Assembly: GCF_035594765.1 (NCBI RefSeq)
Contig: NC_085842.1
Location: forward strand, 8,927,256 to 8,991,255
DNA from: Anolis carolinensis
Lineage: Eukaryota
Length of the DNA stretch: 64,000 bases
Reading direction: 5' to 3'
The notes beneath the pieces were generated by a model. The model was not told the DNA's origin. It ran no database searches and saw only the letters and a program-made list of their open reading frames with translations. The position numbers and the translations under genes were made by a program. Shown here piece by piece: positions 60,713-64,000 of this stretch (its first letter is position 1; every line of letters begins with the position of its first letter).

Positions 60713-61106
60713 TGTCAGGGTGCAATAAAGAACAGCATCCTCAAAGCTGGTCTTCTCGCAACCTGACTACAAGAGGACAGAGGAAGGAGACCATTTGGCG
60801 GGATAGGCTGATTTATGACAGGGTCTGGTCTTCAAACGTGGGAAAGGACAAAAGGAAAGGGAGGTGTGGATGGAGAAGGAGGAGGGGGGAGGCAACAACC
60901 CCATATACTGAGGGGAAAAGCGGAAGAGGGTCAGTAAAAGCTATTGCAGTCATCTTGGCAAGGCGGATTCAATAAAGTTTTCCATTGCGACCAACGGTGT
61001 GAGCCTATTTCTTGGGTCCCACACCTTCCAGGAACGGACATTAAGCTTTTACTCCCTTTTTTTTTTTCCGGCTCATCCCGTGAGGAAAGGTCTCTCCGGT
61101 GAGAGC

Positions 61107-62477
61107 ATGAACCCTGATGGAGGAGAAACCATGAAGGAATTCCTCTTCCTGGTAGAAGAACAGGCGAACCCTCGAGGTGCAGAGGAGTTGAGAGAGGAAA
61201 GAAACCCATCGCCCGCGTTGAGCGAAGGGGGGACAGACCCCTCGGACCCGTCGTGGAAGCCGCTGACCTCCACCCAGTTACCCGCAGGCAGGGGAGTGAC
61301 GGTGAGACGGAAGATCCAGATGGGAGGCGATTGGCAGCGAGACGGAGAGGGAGCCCCGGAGATGAGAAGGATGGAGAGGAGATTAGATGCGATGGAGGAA
61401 ATGTTTGAAACTTTCTCTCGACAGATGAATCTGATGCAGCGGCAGGTAAACGAGTCCTGGAGGGCGACAGTCGAGCAACGGGAGCAGAGGAGAGAGCTGC
61501 CCGGGAGAGGCACTGAACCCCGTCCCTTTGCCGGGGAGGGTCCACAGGACTATGAGGACGAGATGCCTCAGCAGGGCACATCAGTTTTCCCCACGGGCCT
61601 GTCGGGAAGGAGCCAAATGCCTGGGAAGGGAGAATTTCGGGTGAAGTTCAACGGGGACCCCAAACAGCTGTCTTATTTCATTACAAACGTAAGACACTTC
61701 ATGGAGGATTTTGGGGACCAATTCCCTTCAGAAAGCGCAAAAATCCACACGGTGGGGGCAAACTTGAAAGAAGCAGCTGCAGACTGGCTAATGCAGATGT
61801 ATGATACTGGTGCCCGGGAGCTAGCCTGCCTGGAGGATTTCCTAAGAGCCCTCCGTGAGAGATTCGAAGACCCTTTGGCAGAGGAGAGGGCGAAGGCCCA
61901 ACTCAAAAGGATATACCAGGGAGGAAGGACAGTGTCAGAATACGCCCTGGAATTTAAAGCCACAGCGGGGAAGATTAGGGACTGGTCCGACACCACCAAA
62001 CTGGAATATTTCAGGGCTGGTTTACGCTCTGAGGTGCTCGAGTGGGCTTTACACAGAGGAAATCCAAGAGACTTGGAGGACTGGATTTTGCTGGCGGGGC
62101 GCGTGGAGGTGGACCAACAGCAAATCTCTCGTCGTCCAAGGGAGAGCGACAGAATCAAACCCCCGACAGCAGCAACACGCCGCTTCTCCCCTCGTCGTGG
62201 AAGGTCGACCAGCAGGGAGAGGAGAGCAGGGAGGGGGGCCTGCTTCGCTTGCGGGCGCGAGGGACATCGAGCGGCAGAGTGTCCGAAAGGGACAGGCGTG
62301 GAGACAAAAGGAGAGAGGCTTCACAGCCAGAAGCTGCCCCACCAGAACTCCAAACTAGCAAAAGGGAAAGCTGCCATGGCAACGGAAACGGCTTTAGCCC
62401 CAGGGCAGCTTCAGGCAGAAGAGATGGAGGAAGCGGAGGACCTGGAGTTACCGGGAAACGACCGGGATCTGTTTTGA
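61107..62477 (+). CDS. gag: Gypsy Gag (capsid plus CCHC knuckle)
   Basis: KFNGDP...AADW...QGGRTVSEYALEF...FRAGL; CFACGREGHRAAEC. Confidence 0.9.
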   Translation: MNPDGGETMKEFLFLVEEQANPRGAEELREERNPSPALSEGGTDPSDPSWKPLTSTQLPAGRGVTVRRKIQMGGDWQRDGEGAPEMRRMERRLDAMEEMFETFSRQMNLMQRQVNESWRATVEQREQRRELPGRGTEPRPFAGEGPQDYEDEMPQQGTSVFPTGLSGRSQMPGKGEFRVKFNGDPKQLSYFITNVRHFMEDFGDQFPSESAKIHTVGANLKEAAADWLMQMYDTGARELACLEDFLRALRERFEDPLAEERAKAQLKRIYQGGRTVSEYALEFKATAGKIRDWSDTTKLEYFRAGLRSEVLEWALHRGNPRDLEDWILLAGRVEVDQQQISRRPRESDRIKPPTAATRRFSPRRGRSTSRERRAGRGACFACGREGHRAAECPKGTGVETKGERLHSQKLPHQNSKLAKGKAAMATETALAPGQLQAEEMEEAEDLELPGNDRDLF

Positions 62478-64000
62478 ACGCCCGGAAACAGATCGAACCA
62501 CCAGAGGGCGAAGGGGGTGAGTTGAGAAGAGTAAATTGTGACATTGTGAGAGTCAGAGTGAGGCTGTTGAACCCAGAGACAGGGATTCAGGTAGAGGCAG
62601 ATGCTATGTTGGACTGTGGGTGCACGAGATGCCTAATTACTCCCGAACTAGCAAACAGGTTGGGGGTGGAGCCAAACCCACTAAAGACACCAGTAGTCTT
62701 CGCACAATTGGATGGAACCCCAGCATACGGAGTCCCAGTAACAGAAAAAACAGGGTTTTTAAGAATGACTATGGGTTCTCATGCTGAGACATTGCAATTT
62801 GTGATTTCAACAATGGCACATCAGCCAGTCATTTTGGGCGTTCCTTGGCTGAGATGGCAAAACCCTCAGATTGACTGGAAAAGGGAGACATTTACTTTCT
62901 GGGATGGAAATTGCAATTTTGAGAGTACCCCGAAAGACATAGAGGTACTGGAGCCAGAGTGTGACCAGTTGCCCCCTCATAGGAAGTGCAATTGAAATAG
63001 ACCCCAATGCCAAACTACCTAAGCCAAAACTCTATGCAATGTCGGAACCAGAGAAAAGGGCACTCAGAGAATTTATTGACAAAAATATAGAGAGAGGCTT
63101 CATCGAGCCATCTCAGTCCCCCATGGCAGCTCCAGTATTTTTCAGGCCAAAAGCAGACGGCCTAAGATTGGTCGTGGATTATAGAGGTCTTAACGCAATA
63201 TCCACCACAAACCAATACCCACTTCCCCTAATGTCAGAGATGTTGCAATCAGTAGCAGACCCCTCGAGACCGTGGACGGATATAGCTATGGACTTTGTGG
63301 TAGACCTGCCCAACAGCAACGGTTTCAACACAATCTGGACTATAATTGACCTGTTCTCCAAACAAGCTCACTTCGTGGCCCTTAAGAGACTTCCAACGGC
63401 ACCCGAGTTGGCCAAATTGTTTCTGCAACACGTGTTCCGCCTGCACGGGTGTCCCAAGCGGATCATAAGTGACAGGGGCTCTCAGTTCACATCGAGGTTT
63501 TGGAAGTCTTTCCTGGGTATTTTAGGAACTGAAAGGGCCCTGAGCACAGCCTTCCATCCAGAAACAGACGGAGCCACCGAACGGGTTCAGAAGACCCTTC
63601 AGCAGTTCCTCCGTTGCTACAGCACGTACCAGCAAGATCAATGGTCCTCGATGCTACCACTTGCCGAATATTGCATTAACAATTCGGATCACGCGTCCAC
63701 TGGGGTCTCTCCGTTTAAAGTTGTGAACGGCAGAGATTTTCCGCCATTCCCCGCACTGCAAAAGGAGTTGCCTTCTGACGAGAAGCCAGGGAATTGGGGC
63801 GAGAAGATCGCTGCCGCTTGGCCTTCGGTTCAGGAGGCCTTGCGCACCGCCAAAGTGGATTACAAGAAATATGCAGATAGAAAGAGAACAGCACCACCGG
63901 ACTACAAAGTGGGGGAGTTAGTGTACTTGTCGACAAAGCACCTGAAATCCACACAACCATCCCGGAAGCTGAGCCCACGATATGTTGGTCCCTTTCCCAT
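62453..64000 (+). pseudogene. pol: Gypsy pol: protease, RT N-terminus fused to integrase core
   Basis: AMLDCGCT and ILGVPWL (protease); frameshift at about 62990; RLVVDYRGLN..YPLP joined at about 63245 to PWTDIAMDF..ISDRGSQF..ETDGATER..YVGPF. Confidence 0.88.

Larger units (their letters stand above)
60713..64000 (+). mobile_element. Ty3/Gypsy (sushi/Tf1-like) LTR retrotransposon, internally deleted; runs off the window
   Basis: 5' LTR 60713-61040 (TGTC...GACA, AATAAA at 60971); gag, protease, partial RT, integrase core and GPF motif. Confidence 0.93.

Overview
Vertebrate, repeat-dense genomic DNA with many N gaps. The repeat repertoire (Sauria SINE, CR1, L2, R4/Dong, Penelope, Vingi, hAT/Tc-mariner MITEs) points to a squamate, most likely an Anolis lizard (inference). 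Host genes: (1) an MHC class II alpha-chain gene on the + strand, with four exons over about 19 kb (17364-36316). As assembled it is damaged: the 5' half of the alpha2/Ig exon is missing, exon 4 is frameshifted, and the signal-peptide exon has homopolymer frame problems. (2) A 13-finger C2H2 zinc-finger gene on the - strand (43742-44899), whose probable promoter and first exon are duplicated 52.5 kb away. The least expected signals are not in the ORF track. The first is an MHC-II regulatory architecture: two back-to-back S-X-Y modules at the alpha promoter, a tandem array of four further X1/X2-CCAAT modules with a kB site at 10476-10818, and an orphan minus-strand terminal exon resembling the end of a class II beta gene. 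The second is a set of structured RNAs in retroelements: a complete HDV-like ribozyme fold with an extra L3 hairpin exactly at the 5' end of a Vingi LINE, Penelope hammerheads, and a sushi-type Gypsy with a self-priming site and a PEG10-like -1 frameshift signal. A roughly 3.7-kb, 95-bp-unit macrosatellite sits inside a hAT element. Comparisons to human HLA sequences are from memory and need confirming by alignment.
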